Made by a program: the position numbers and the translations under genes
Notes under the pieces: generated by a model
The model's input: only the letters and a program-made list of their open reading frames with translations
What the model was told of the DNA's origin: nothing
The model's database searches: none
Assembly (NCBI GenBank): GCA_963575745.1
Contig: CAUYUJ010000235.1
Span: 62,001 to 116,493, forward strand
Reading direction: 5' to 3'
DNA length: 54,493 bases
DNA from: Prorocentrum cordatum
Taxonomy: Eukaryota
In this document: in pieces, positions 1-12,699 of the stretch
How the letters are laid out: every line of letters starts with the position of its first letter
Numbering within the stretch: position 1 is the first letter of the stretch

Positions 1-1
1 G

Positions 2-262
2 ACGGCCAAAGCCTTCAACTATGGTGCGGGCTTGATTTCTCACACGTTGGAGCAATCTGGGAAGAAGCTCACTATCACAATGGCAGGTGGCTTGAAAACG
101 TTCAAGACAAAGATAGATATGTCCACAGACGTTCCATCCCAAACGATTGCTGAAAATGGGCAAGAAGTGCTGGTGACTGGCAAATGGGATGGCAACGCTT
201 TGGTCATCCTTGGGACAAGCAAGCGTGATGGACAACCTATTCAGGCTTCGAAGCGTTATTGA
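2..262 (+). CDS. Partial FABP/lipocalin-like beta-barrel protein (5' truncated by window edge; exon or truncated copy)
   Basis: Open frame from base 2: TAKAFNYGAGLISHTLEQSGKKLTITMAGGLKTFKT...VLVTGKWDGNALVI...SKRY. The strand-turn pattern and the W-D-G-x-x-L-V and K-R-Y motifs resemble FABP. It stops before the last expected strands, so a splice (e.g. CAG|GC near 245) or a truncation is possible. Confidence 0.55.
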   Translation, partial: TAKAFNYGAGLISHTLEQSGKKLTITMAGGLKTFKTKIDMSTDVPSQTIAENGQEVLVTGKWDGNALVILGTSKRDGQPIQASKRY

Positions 263-289
263 ATCGCTTCGCTCACTCCGCCGGCCCTC

Positions 290-1500
290 GAGCGTTCTAT
301 GGGGCCCCTTTGAAGCCTCTTGGGGGCCTCTTTGGGGCCAGGGGCATCTTGGGGGCCTCTTGGGGGTCTCGTGGGTCTCCTTGGCGGCGTCTTGGGGCCC
401 CCTTGGGCCTCTTGGGGGGCTCTTGGGGGCCTCTTGGGGCGGGGTAGTCGAGTGCACCCCCCTCGGAGGCCACGATCCTCGTGAGGGGTGTCGAAAGAAG
501 GCTCTCAAAACCATCTCTGGGTAGACTTGGTCGGGCAGCGGTCGGGATACTTTTCGCCGGGGGACCCCCAGGGACCGCACCGCGCGCGCGAACTAGAAAT
601 ATTGTTAACCAGTTACTGGAGATCTTAGCACGCCTCTGGCCCGTTGGGCCGGCGAATTTGGAAGGGAACGCGCTGATTCAAGAGGTATTTCCACTTTCCT
701 CCAAGTACTCCCCTGTGAGGCGTATATTCAGACTGAGATGACTGTGCCCGCCTGTTCGGTTGCATTGCGTTGCCGCGCTGACCGACAGCGCGGCTTCCAG
801 GGGCTCGAGCGCAGTTAACACGAACGCCATGGGAGTCGCACGCGCACGCACACACATACACACATACCTACGCATCATACACGCGCACACCCACACATTG
901 GCGGCTTGGTTCCAGGGTCCGGGGGCGGCCCACGTATCCAATGTCGCCCCACTGGGTCTGGGGGTTGGTTATGGTTTTCTTGGTGCTGTTTGGGCCCACG
1001 AGGCACCCCGGACGGTCTCAGAGCCCCCCCCGCGACGGCCTCGAAGGGTCTCATGACGGCCTCGAGGGGCCCCAGACGGCGCACGTGGGGCCCAAGAGGA
1101 TTCCACGACGGCCTCAAAGTGCTCCACCAGGACCAGGCCTCAAAACAATGGTTTCCCAATGGTTTTGGGAAGATTCTAGTGCTCTCGCTTTTTCGAACCT
1201 CCGACAGCCCACGAAGGTCCCAGTGTTCTCCAAGATAGCCCCAAGACGACCCAAGGGATCCCGAAAGGGCCCCCAGACGGCCCAGTGTTGCCCCAAGACG
1301 GTCTGCGAGGCGCCCATGACGGTCCTTATTGGAAGGACCCAGTAGGACCCCAAGAGGGCCCCAAGAGAGCCCGAAGTGGGAGCCAAGAGGGATTTGGGGG
1401 AGCTCTCTTGAAAGGCGCGGATCCCAAAGTGCTCCAAAGACCCTCTCGGAAGCTGCCGAGACGCTTTCAAGATGCTCCAGAAGGCTTCGGAGAGGCTAGG
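290..1500. repeat. Degenerate interspersed repeats (ttgggggcctc / cccaaga-rich)
   Basis: Many short ttggggg(c)cctc units at 300-440 and cccaagacgg/cccaagag units at 1020-1450. Similar cccaaga tracts recur at 4500-5400, 5690-6430 and 46800-47030. Confidence 0.6.
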
Positions 1501-1638
1501 ACGAAGGGGGGGTACTGGGAAGACAGTGGCGCCTCTGGTGCCGAGAGGCTCTGGGCAAATTGGCCGAGTGAGCCGATTCGCTGAAACCGCAAGGGGCCCC
1601 GAGAATCATCTCGCAGGCCCTTGACCCAGAGATCCGAC

Positions 1639-1827
1639 GCTCCAAAGAAATTCTGGCGGCGCGCAGAGGGGGGTATGGGGAGGGGGGAAGGCTTCTTAGA
1701 AGAGTGCTGGTTCTTAGAAGGCGCGGGCCTTACCTATAAATGCAAGGCCCGTACCTTCTAAGAAGCAGCCTCCTTCTAAGAAGCCTTCCCCCCCCTATTC
1801 CCTCTGCGCGCCGCCAAAAATTGGAGC
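1639..1827. mobile_element. About 190-bp imperfect palindrome (MITE-like)
   Basis: Nested inverted arms gctccaa/ttggagc, ggcggcgcgcagaggg/ccctctgcgcgccgcc, gggggaaggcttcttagaag/cttctaagaagccttccccc and gggcctt/aaggccc. A related copy is at 4311-4473. Confidence 0.7.
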
Positions 1828-1960
1828 TGACGATTCTTGGCCACTCTCGGCCTTTGGGGGCCCTCGCCGGGCCTCGGGGCCGACAAAACGACTCGGGACG
1901 AAAATCGGGCCCCAGGGAAGAGGCCCAGACCTCCGGGGCCCGCGCACCGAAAAAGTTGGA
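1821..1960 (+). repeat. Dispersed repeat family of about 140 bp
   Basis: Reverse-complement copy at about 3944-4090. Further diverged copies at 3680-3790 (-), 33385-33500 (+) and 54260-54325 (+). Confidence 0.7.
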
Positions 1961-2003
1961 GCAGCAGGGCGTCTGGGGAGAAATATCCCTTGGGCGTCGC
2001 TTA

Positions 2004-2552
2004 GAGGAGGAGGAGGAGGAGGAGGAGGAGGAGGAGAGGGGAGGGGGAGGGGGAGGGGGAGGAGGAGGAGGAGGAGGAGGAGGAGGAGGAGGAGGAGAGG
2101 AGGAGGGGGAGGGGGAGGAGGGGGAGGAGGGGGGAGGAGGAGGGAGGTGGAGGAGGGGAGGAGGGGGAAGGAGGAGGAGGAGGGGGAGGGAGGGGGAAAG
2201 GACGGGTGCACGCCTCGGGCCGGAAGGGTCCCCCTATGGGGCCCTGAAGGCTTCTTTTCGGGGCCCTGCAGGGAGGGCTTCTTCGCTGCAGCCCTCGCCC
2301 CCCCCCCCCCCCCCCCTCCTCCTCCTCCTCCTCCTCCTCCTCCTCCTCCCCCTCCTCCTCCTCCTCCTCCTCCTCCTCCCTCCTCCTCCTCCTCCTCCTC
2401 CTCCTCCCTCCTCCTCCTCCTCCTCCTCCTCCTCCTCCTCCTCCTCCTCCTCCTCCTCCTCCTCCTCCTCCTCCTCCTCCTCCTCCTCCTCCTCCTCCTC
2501 CTCCTCCTCCTCCTCCTCCTCCTCCTCCTCCTCCTCCTCCTCCTCCTCCTCC
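2004..2552. repeat. (GAG)n tract, short spacer, then (CCT)n tract
   Basis: Directly visible opposed trinucleotide tracts. Confidence 0.95.
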
Positions 2553-4310
2553 CCCCAGGAATCGCACCCCTGACGCGACGCCCAAATCCAAGCGGCTCCT
2601 CACCCACGCGGCCCGGCCGGGGAGGGGGAGGGGCGACGCCTCCCCCGCCCTTCTCCTCTCCCCCCCCCCCCGGGTCTCCGATCGCTTTTGCAGCTTCCCG
2701 CAGAGCCAGCGCCAGCGGGCGCCGAGCACAAGTCGGCGGCGAGCGAGGGGGGGGAGTGAGGAGGAGAAGGCCTTCTCAGAAGGCGGCGGGATTTCTCAGA
2801 AGCCCTCGCGCCTCCTGAGAATTGTGCTGCGTCTTCTGGGAAGGCTTTGAAAGCTTCTCGGAAGGCTGGGGGGGTCCGAGGTTTCTGAGGAGGCCCGCCT
2901 CTTATCGCCCCTTCCCACTTCCTCCTCGGGCTCGCCGCCGAAGAAGACACATCGTGCCCTTCGTCTTGTCTCCTGGCAGCGCTTCGGCCTGCGTCAGAAC
3001 CTAAGCGCGCAAGCGCGCCGCGGACCTGGATACTTCTCCAGGTCTTTGGATGACGTCCATAGTCGTCGCATGTGAGGAGGAGGGGAGGAGGATGGAGATC
3101 GTGGAAAAGTGAGACTGAGCGGCACAGAGCGGTCCTCTTTAACATTTCCCTTCGTTTTCTTTGGCATTTTCTGCATCGGACCTCAGGTTCCAGAATATGG
3201 TTTCTCCTGCAGTTGCCTTCACTTTCATCCTCCTTGTCACCTCAACCCTCCTGAAACATTTGACCAGTCAGTCAGTTATGGCATACGCCGTAGCACGTGG
3301 GCGAAGCAAGAGAACAGAAAAAGCACTCGCTGGAACCTCCGATTTGAGGTTTCGGCCGAGATGCAGGCAACAACGAAAAAGTATCGTTTACAACCGGCTT
3401 TCTGGGAATGGCTGGTGGTGCATGTTCCCAGGCCCGAGCCTAAGCTGGCAGGTTCCCTTGGGCGTCGCGTCATTGGGGGGGGGGGGGCGATACATGGGGG
3501 GGGGGGGCAGCGAGAGCCGCAGAAAGGGAGCCCTGTAGGGCTCCCAAAGGTGCCCTGGAGGGCCTAAAAGGGGGCCTGATGTAGGGCCCGAAGAGTGTAC
3601 ATTTCTCCCCCCCCCATGTATCGCCCCCACATGCAGCGACGCCCAAAACTCCCAGGATGGAGCCTGCGCACGCGCGGCGAGACCCCCAGGGGTCTCGACC
3701 CATCCCCCGAGACCGGTTTCCGTCCTGCAGCCGTTTCTTGACGGTGCCGAGGCCCGGGGAGGGCCCCCCGAGGACGAAAATAGGGCAAAACCGGCCGCCG
3801 TGACTTTTTCACGACGCCGGCCGGGGGGTGGGGTTTGGCTCAGGGGCCCCGAGCGAGCCATGCATGGGAGGACGCGGCCTCCGGGGTCCGGGAGGGCTTC
3901 CCGGGGCTTCCCGGAGGCGCTCCAGCCCAGACATCTGGCTGGTCCAATGTTTTCGATGGGTGGGCCCCGGAGGTCTGGGCCGCTTCCCTATACAGAGCCG
4001 GCGTTTCGTCCTGCATCGTTGGTTAACGACCCCGCGGGGCCCGGCGAGGGCCCCCGGAGGCCGAGAATAGGCAAAAGCCGCCAGCTCCAACTGTTGTTTG
4101 AGCTTTGGAGCGCGTCGGATCTCTGGGAAGTTCCCCGCCCGGACGTGAGAACGATCCAGGTACATTTCAGGACGGCCGCAAGAGGGCCGAGCGGGCTCCC
4201 GGTGCGGCTCCAGAAAGCCTGAAGAAGAACTCCGGGAGGTTCCCAAAGAACAAGCTTTAACTCGCTGGTGGTTTTGAGTGACTTCAGTTTTCTCGTTTTC
4301 CCCAGCTTCG

Positions 4311-4473
4311 GCCACGCGCAGAGGGGGGTGGGGGGAGGGGGGAGGGCCTCTCAGAAGCACCCCTGCTTCTTCGAAGGCGCGGGCCTGATTTATAGACGTA
4401 AGGACAGCGCCTTCTACGATGCAGCCTCCTCCTCAGAAGCCCTCCCCCCTCCCTCCACCCCCGTGTGCGTGGC
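4311..4473. mobile_element. Second copy of the palindromic MITE-like element
   Basis: gccacgcgca...tgcgtggc termini, gaaggcgc...gcgccttc inner arms and the same AT-rich centre as 1639-1827. Confidence 0.6.
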
Positions 4474-5088
4474 GCCAACAGCTTCTCCCAGCCGTGGACG
4501 GCCCAAGAGGCTCCCACAGAGGCCCGAGACGTCCCCAGGAGGGCGCCAGGAGGGTCCCAGGAGGGCTTTCGGGAGGGTATCTTGAGGTGGTGGTACGGCT
4601 CCCAGCAGGACCCCTCGTTCACCCAGGAGGCCGCAAAAGGCCCGCGAAACGGCCTCGAGAAGCCACCCTCAGCGCTCGAAGATACTTAGACGAGGTCCCC
4701 AACAAGTTCTGCATATGTAGCAATCATGTAGACCCTAAACGTTTTTGGCAGTCTTCGGCGCACTCGCCGTCCGCACCCCTCTTGAGGCCCCATCTTCCCC
4801 AAGTCTCCACCTGACGCGCCAGGAGACCCCCATAAGAGCCGAGAAGCCCGTCCAAGCGTCCGAAGAGGCTTCGAAGAGGTTCCCAAAAAGCTCCCAAGAG
4901 GCACAAGGAATACGTGTGTCTAGGTGCTTCAAGGACTTGGGAAGGATTTGAGAGGTCTGGCCCCTCCAGCCTTGGCCAGCCCCAAAAAAAGCCTCCCAGA
5001 TCGCGCGCGACCGCCCCAGAGGGCCCCGAGAGGGTCCGAAGACGTTTCTATACGGGGCGCGAGCCCCCAAGACTGCCCACGTCCTCGA

Positions 5089-5162
5089 GAGGCGAACGAA
5101 ACGAGAGGGGGCCTCTCGTTTCGTTCGCCTCAGAGCCGTCGAGAGGCGAACGAAACGAGAGG
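5089..5162. repeat. Perfect 20-bp hairpin plus a third arm copy
   Basis: gaggcgaacgaaacgagagg-ggg-cctctcgtttcgttcgcctc at 5089-5131; the arm is repeated at 5143-5162. Confidence 0.9.
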
Positions 5163-7214
5163 AGGTCGAAAGGGTGGACCCCGACACTCCTGGGCCCCAA
5201 GAGCGCCCAGCGAGGTCTCTTGGGGGGCTGTGTTGGAGGGAACGGCCTCCGGCATGCCCCCAAGGCTCTCCTTGACGCTCGTGAGAAACCTGAGGAAGCC
5301 CCCAAACGGCCACCGAAAAGCCTCCCGACGTGCCCGCAGAGGCCTCAGGGAGGCTCCTGCAAATATGCCTCGAGCCTCCCAAAACACGGCGAGATGGATG
5401 TCACGAGATCCCTAGAAGCATCCAACACACATTGGACCTATAGTCCAGGCACAGTGACGGGACGGTCCGACGGAGTGCGACGGAGAGATACAGTCGAAAC
5501 GGATAGTAAGGATCTTCCCAAGGGTACCCTTGCATCCCTGCCCCGTCGGCCCATCTTTAACCACTTTCGATGGTCAGCCCATTGTCGCGCATCCATACTA
5601 GAAGCTCTTATGGCAGAGAAGAAAGACAGAGAGATTCTGGGCCTGTGGGTCTGGCCCCGCTGCCTGCGGCCATCAGGGCGCTGCCCAGGACCCCAGCGGG
5701 CCCCAACGAGGGCCCCAAGCGGCCCCCAAGATGCAAAAACGAGCCAAAGACACCCTCAACGAGGACAACGACCACCACCACAACGACGACGGCGGCACGA
5801 ACGGGCGACCGTACAAACGACGGACGACGACGGACGGCGACGACGCACGACCACGACGACGGACCACGACGTGCCAGCGCGCGCCTTGAGCTGGCAGCGC
5901 CGGCCACCGCTGCGGACGAAACAGGAACTCAAGACGGTCCAACAAGGCCATGAGGGGCCACAAATGGCCCAAAAGGGTCCCAAGACGATTCAAAACGCTT
6001 CCAAGGCGTTCCTCTGACACCCCCAGGAGTCATTCAAAACGATCCCAAATACCCCCAAGACGGCGCCTCTAGCCGTCCCCCATGGGACTGCAAGACGGCC
6101 CGAAGACGACTGGAGGAGCAAGGAAGCTCAACAATGCCCCCGAGAAATCAAACTTGTCCAACTTCAAAGATCAAATCAAACTCGTCCAACTGCAAAGATC
6201 CAGTACAGCCCACAAGACACCAGAAGGCCCGAAGAGGCGCAAATGCATTCCTAATGAGACCCCGTCGCGGCCAGCTTGTTTTGTTCCCGCAGGATTTCTT
6301 AAGTGCTTCCCCGATTGCCGAGGAGCACACGACGAAGGGTTCGACACGGCCCAAGACACCCTCAAGATGGCTTCCGAAAGTGCCGATGCGTTACCGGTGC
6401 ACCTCGAGAGCCCCAAAGGGCCGAACGAGCGCCCACACGGCCTGACGGATTCCCCCCAAAGACGAGAAATGCGCCAAATTCTGTGCAATATCAGATGTTT
6501 TCTGTGCGTTCCACATTTTTGGGTCCAGGTGCGTTTTCTGTCCCTCCCATGATTCCCCCCTCCCTTTTCCTATCTCCCTCCTCCCTCTCGCCTCCCTCTC
6601 GCCTCCCTCTCCCCTCTCCCCCTTTCCACCAGGAGCGGGTTTCAGCTAGCAGGGTTGCTGCGTCCAGATCCCTTCGCCACCGACCCTGAGCCAACGATTC
6701 CGATAGGTTCGAGTCGCTGTCCTCTGTAGCCCTCGATCTCTTGCCCAGGACCGGCCGCAAGAGGGCCTTCTGGCTCTTCCGCCCCACTTCCCCATCCTTC
6801 GCTAGACGCTCTCCGTTCTGCATCCTCCCTCCTCACTTCCTTCTCGCACCTGCATCCCGCCTCCATCCTTCCCCTTCGTCTGTCCATCATCCCTATGCCG
6901 TTCCCCTGCCTGGCTCTTCTCGTGTCCCCCCAACCACCTATATTATCTCCTCGCGTCTCCCGTCAACGTCTTCACCACTTGTGTTTATCGTTCCTCCCCT
7001 CCTTCATTCGTTTTGTACAAAAGGTCCATTGTACTCGCGACCGCCAATCCAGGCTTCAAATTTCTTATCCGGCTGCTTGCGGCAAGTCCCGCCACTGTGC
7101 CAGTCCAGCATTCTGGGTGGCGACTGTTCGAGGGGGCTCTGGAGGCCGTCACATGTGGCACCTCGTGTCTCCAGGCTTGGGAGAGCGGTGATGAGGGTGA
7201 TGAGGGTTACGGGG

Positions 7215-7700
7215 ATGTTGGGTATGTGCCGAAATGGGCGAGCGGACCTCGCTTGGGCGCGCCCGCTTGTGCTGTCGGTAGAAATCCCTCTAAGGCACGA
7301 TCCGTGTGATGCGCCGACATGGGCGTAGGGACCGCATGCGGACGCAACCGCTGAGACCGTATTTGACGCTCCCACTGGGTCGCAATCTAGGTGGGGGGTG
7401 TGCCGGAATGGAGGAGGGGGCGCACGCGGACGTTCTGACAGGCGGTGTAGGTCGAGTTCTTTGTGGTGTGGCGCACGATCCGTGTGAGGAGGAGGAGGAG
7501 GAGGAGGAGGAGGAGGAGGAGGAGGAGGAGGAGGAGAAGGAGGGAGGAGGAAGAGGAGGAGGAGGAGGAGGAGGAGGAGGAAGAGGAGGAGGAGCGTGCC
7601 GAAGTGGAGGAGGGGGCGCACGCGGAGGTGGTCGCCAAGGCTGCGCGCCTCCGCCGTGGCAGTGACGGGGCAGTTCCCCGTACGGGGGCAAAGCACAGCA
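7215..7700 (-). repeat. Degenerate units related to the 90-bp satellite, with a (GAG)n insert
   Basis: gtgtgccgaaatggg and gcacgatccgtgtga motifs match the reverse strand of the 34.0-35.5 kb satellite unit. Confidence 0.6.
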
Positions 7701-7784
7701 CGAAGGATTGCAAGGGATTGCAAAAAAAAACCCTTCGAAGGGTTTTTGTTGCAATCCTTCGGGTTTTTTTGTTGCAATCCTTCG
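7701..7784. repeat. 84-bp nested palindrome
   Basis: Outer arms cgaaggattgcaa / ttgcaatccttcg; inner ggattgcaa-A-run-cccttcgaaggg-T-run-ttgcaatcc. Confidence 0.85.
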
Positions 7785-10700
7785 TTTAGCACGCCCTGGA
7801 GGCCAATCAGATCAGCGCTGCAGAAGTGAAGTGGAGTTGTTTTTTGACATGGGTGCGGAGGTTCCTTTCTGCTTCACGGCTGCGTGTGAGGACGGCACAG
7901 CCAAAGAGCAGTCGTGTGAGGATCCTCTGCTCGGCGGAGGACGAGGACGTGGAAGCCAGCGTGCAAATATGGACGGGGACACCAAGTGGAGCAGATGTCT
8001 GGTCAGATCGGACAATCCGTGACGACAGTAGACCAACTGTGCACAGGTGCGCCAGCGAAGGGACTACTGCCCAATGTCAGTTTGCAGGCCACAGCGGGTG
8101 CCACAGAAACGGCCAACGAATCGTGAGAACAAAGAGCCCCTCGTTCTCAAAAAGATCCGTCGTATGTTGGGGATGATCGGCAACATGAGCTACATACCAA
8201 CTGAGAAGCAGGTCGTGTTACAGTTGCGGGGATTGCGCGGAGCTGCTGGCCCAATGATGAAGCTCGACGCCAATCCTCTAGCGACTCAGCGAACAAGCGA
8301 ACTACTACTCCGAAGAAGCCCACGCCCAGACTGTTCAGTCTGACTGGGGGGATTCGCCGTTGTGGCCAGCAGCGTCCTTGTCGGATCGGGCCTATGACAA
8401 GCCGCCCGTGGTCATTTGCAATAACATGGGCGAGCACCGACCTACGAGATAATAGTTTGCTGGGACATAAGGTCAGTCGGCTACTTTCGTTTTGTGATGA
8501 ATGTCAGATGGTGCTCTCGCGGAGGGAGCCACCAGAGACGCGCTCTTGCTGCAGACTGAAACCGGGACGAAGCCCATGTCTTGCCAGGTCATAAATATTG
8601 GCCAGGAGGCACCGACACGGACGGGACTGCTTGTTGGTGTACATGATGTTAAGACGTATGTCTTTGTACCTACCACGTGCGCGAAGGACTTCAGTGATGA
8701 TGGTGTTTTTTTGGAGTGCGGCTCGGAGGCCTGCGTCAGTGCCAAGTGTGGCATTCAACGCTGGGTTCACGAAGTCCACTTTGCGGACCGATGGAGCCAT
8801 CATCTACGAATCGGAAAATACCATGTTGTTGATTGTGAAGGCTGCAGAAATCGAGACCCTTTTGCGAGCAGACCTGTCATCACAAGTCTACTATCCTCCC
8901 ACGTGGTTAATAAGAGGAGGGAGGAGGAGACGCACCCCGAGCATTGGAATCGAGTCAACCAAGCAAGAGTCGAAGCACAAGGACGAATGTTGCATCGGCC
9001 ATCGGACGACGCTCCACTCGGCGTGCGCAGTGACAAGCAGACCGGAGACAGCGATATGCTTCCGCGCTGGGCTTTGCAGCCTTGCAGCGGGCACTACCTT
9101 TGTGGTCACATCCTGATGACCTGACCACGCGGGCAGTGCAGCGGTGATTTTTGAACGCGACGGCCGTCTCGCGGACGGGGAGAAGGCCGTGGCTTTTCAA
9201 ATGTGACCTCGCTGCGGCCAGGGCCAACAGTGACAAGGCGCGGCGACGGATCCAGAGCACAGAGTGCACGGGGCGCTGCAGTTCCCAACTGGCTAACACC
9301 AACAGCTGAAGAAGGAGAAGATGCCGAAGCTGAACCCGCGCCACCTGGGGCCCCAGGCATGGCGACCCCGCCCGCCGCGGCGGCAGCAGCAGCAGCAGAA
9401 GGGCCTGAAACCGCAGACGCAGCTGGCGATCGACGCCCAGCACCAGCGGGAGGTGAGCCCCCCCCCCAAGATACCGCGAGCACTCCCACCTCCGCCGCGG
9501 CAGGGCCGCATGGCGCAGCAGGGCCTTGGAGGCGAAGGTGATTGCTATAGCTGGTCCGAACAACGCGCAGACCAAACCGAAAGTTTTGAGCGAGGGTGGC
9601 AGGGTGCCCAGGGGCGAAGTCCAGCGTGCATAGGGTTCAAGACGGACGCGGGCATCTCGAGGCGCGACGCCACTGATGCTACTGACGGTCGGTGGACGCT
9701 CTATACGAGTTCCACCAAATACAAGAAGTTCGGTTGTCTTTCAAGGATAGGCACATTGTCTCTCGGTGGCAGAAGAAAAACTCCGCATCGGAGATGGAAA
9801 ATACGCGAAGAGAAGGGGCACTGCTATTCCCGGACGTCTTCACGGGCGGAGGTAAATAAGTCGCTTTATCTTCCTCCTCTTCCAGAGCACTCCCCGAGAT
9901 GAATGAGGATGCCGCTCGTAGTTCGTTCGGTATCCGACTCAATGCTTCCCGGGCCTCTACTGCGAGGAGGACACGGGCACTTTTTGGAGCGCCAGCAAAG
10001 AGCGCCAAAACATCAGAGACCAAGAAGGATATTGCAGAGGCCCGAAGTCTCTTCGGATCTGGCGACTCGGCAGTACCTGTTGATGACTATGAAGCAGATG
10101 TTGCAGTCGCGCCTCCTCTGGGCTACTCCAAGGGAGCTCCCCTCAAGTGCTCTTCGCGAGGTGGGATGCCAACTGCTGAGGCGGCATGCGCTCGCGCACG
10201 ACGGGCTCGCGTTCTTTGGCCACGTCGCAATGGGGGTGCACCGCCGGGCAAGTCCAAGGAAGCGAATGCAGAGAATGTGAGACATACAGCAACGAGTGCC
10301 AATATTTGGGCGGGGCGCCGGCGAGCTTGGCAAACGCGGATAGTTCGAGATTCGGCATGCCATTTCCTGGGCGATGAGTCGCCAGGAGATGAGAACCCCC
10401 AAGTGCCAGCACTCGACCACGAAAGCTTGCGCGCACCGCGGTGCCAAGAGACCCCTGGCGAGGGCGAGGCGCGCGATCTGCAGGAGGCGCGCGTCGGGAC
10501 CCAGTTCGCTGACCATCTACGTCACGCAGTGAGAAGGCGACCCCGCGACGCAGGCGCCAAGGGAAAAGCGGGCCGCGGCCAAGGCAAGGGCCAAAGCCAC
10601 GGGTCGGAAATCGCGCCCAGCCGTTGCGCGCCGTCGCTCTGCACAGGCGCGCCGTCGCCCGCGGCGCGCGCGCAGCGCCCTGCAGATGATGGACCAGAAC

Positions 10701-10969
10701 CTCAACGGGCAGAGGAGGCGATGGAAAGACGATCACCAAGGCCGACGCATTCATTGGAGTGGCTGTCGGACGACAGGTCGCTGCTCAAAGCGCGATCGCT
10801 ACGAACTGCGGCCATCGAAAAGCACGCAAGGCATCGAATTCAAGTTGCCGTCGACTTTGTCACATCAAGCATTGACGCAGTTCCTGTCGACCCTCTTTCT
10901 GGCGACGGCGACGACGTTGCTGGCGCAGGGGGCGTCTGAGCTGATCAGCGGATTGCAGCGCGCGGCGCA

Positions 10970-11600
10970 AAGGCACTCGCGATTAACACCGCGCGCCCCC
11001 AACAAAGCAAGATGGCAAGAAGTTTCGAAATGCGCCCTACACGACGACGAGGTCGACATCATTGCCTCGCAGGCGATCCGTCAGAAGGCGGAGAGGCCGA
11101 GGCGGGCCATCACCGAGGCGAAGAGAGCAGGCTGGGCGGCCGCCCGCTCTGCACCACCCCCACCAAGTGCCACGCGTGAGGCGCGACAAGAGGGAACTGC
11201 CATACTTTGGGAACCCTCGCGTCTGACGCGCCTCAGTCAGTCGCGAGGCCAGCTTGGGGCGTGGGCCGGCGGGGACCAGGGCCGCCGAGGCGACGCGCCG
11301 CTCCATCCATGCGCTCCCAGCAGCGCGACGCCACGTGGACAGTTAGTATATTCCAGCAGATTCGAAGTCTAGGTGCCGTTGGCCACCCTGCATTCCTCAT
11401 GGGGGATCTGAATTGGCGGGCGTCGCACGCTGCAGCGATGGGGCCCAGCTTCCAGCTGGCGCGGTGGACGATCCAAGTACGGCGCGCGGCACAGCGCCGA
11501 CGCGATGCGGCATCTTCGGGCCACTGACGCGCACGGCTCCACAGCGCGAGGGAATGCAGCTACTACCTGGAATTCCGCCCCACGCATGGTTGAGATATTC
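10970..11600 (+). pseudogene. APE-type endonuclease domain of LINE A (frameshifted)
   Basis: VDIIASQA, GTAILW, MGDLNW, STARGTAPTR and PGIPPH motifs occur in APE order. Confidence 0.75.
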
Positions 11601-11802
11601 CAGTGACATCCCTGCGTACTCAGGAAAAGAGGAGCGTTCTCATCATGCTGCGCAGCTTGCGGTGGAGTGCCTTCCTGGCAATGATGAAAGAGATGCACTT
11701 CCGGCTAAATTCGATTCGCGCCTTCCTGCCAGGCATGACCCAGCTCTTGCAACGGAGGCTGCGGCTGCGAGGTGGAAGTCGCGGGGCGCTCGGGCCGAAC
11801 AT

Positions 11803-12180
<378 letters not shown>

Positions 12181-12699
12181 GGTCGGCGCGGAGAAGGACT
12201 GCGCGGCAGTGGGGCGACAGGCAGGACGGGCCAAAGGGTCGCCTCCAACAGTGCGACCAGCTGGTTCGGGATCGTCTCATCGCTTTGATCAAACACTGGC
12301 CTGGCGGAGAGTGCCACCTACGACTCCACAGACGCTCTACGCGTCATGTTCGATCTGGCTGTTCTCACACGTCCTCGGACATGTTGGAAACGAACCACTT
12401 GAAGTAATGTGCTCAGGCCGCGCTGGGCGCACTCTTCAAGGCCAGCGGCTATGGACTTCCTCTTTATGTTGACTCACTGGTTTCGGCATCGAGTGGCATC
12501 GCGGCCGAGAGTTTTTTACAGAGAAAGGAATGGAAGAAACGGTGCAAGTGGACGGCCCCGCTCTTTCGCCCGACGCCGCCGGCAGCCCTTGTGGGCCCAA
12601 AAGAAGCGCACGAGAGTTAGAAGGCTCAATGGAGTCCGCCAGACCACCGTGGCAAAGCTGGTGAACACGTTTGGAAATTGAAGCAGCATGCTGCCCAAG

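Noticed and set aside
1740..2818. Long poly-E/G/P/S/L ORFs here and at 11.4-12.5, 19-21, 36.7-38, 39.7-40.8, 42-43, 45-46.5, 48-50 and 53-54 kb
   Set aside because: These are translations of microsatellites.
3830..3846. Relict SL (gtttggctcagg)
   Set aside because: The match is short, lies inside a GC-rich repeat, and has no downstream gene or element start.
8504..8803. Minus-strand transposase-like ORF
   Set aside because: It is the antisense shadow of the LINE A ORF1-like region; no transposase motif is recognised.
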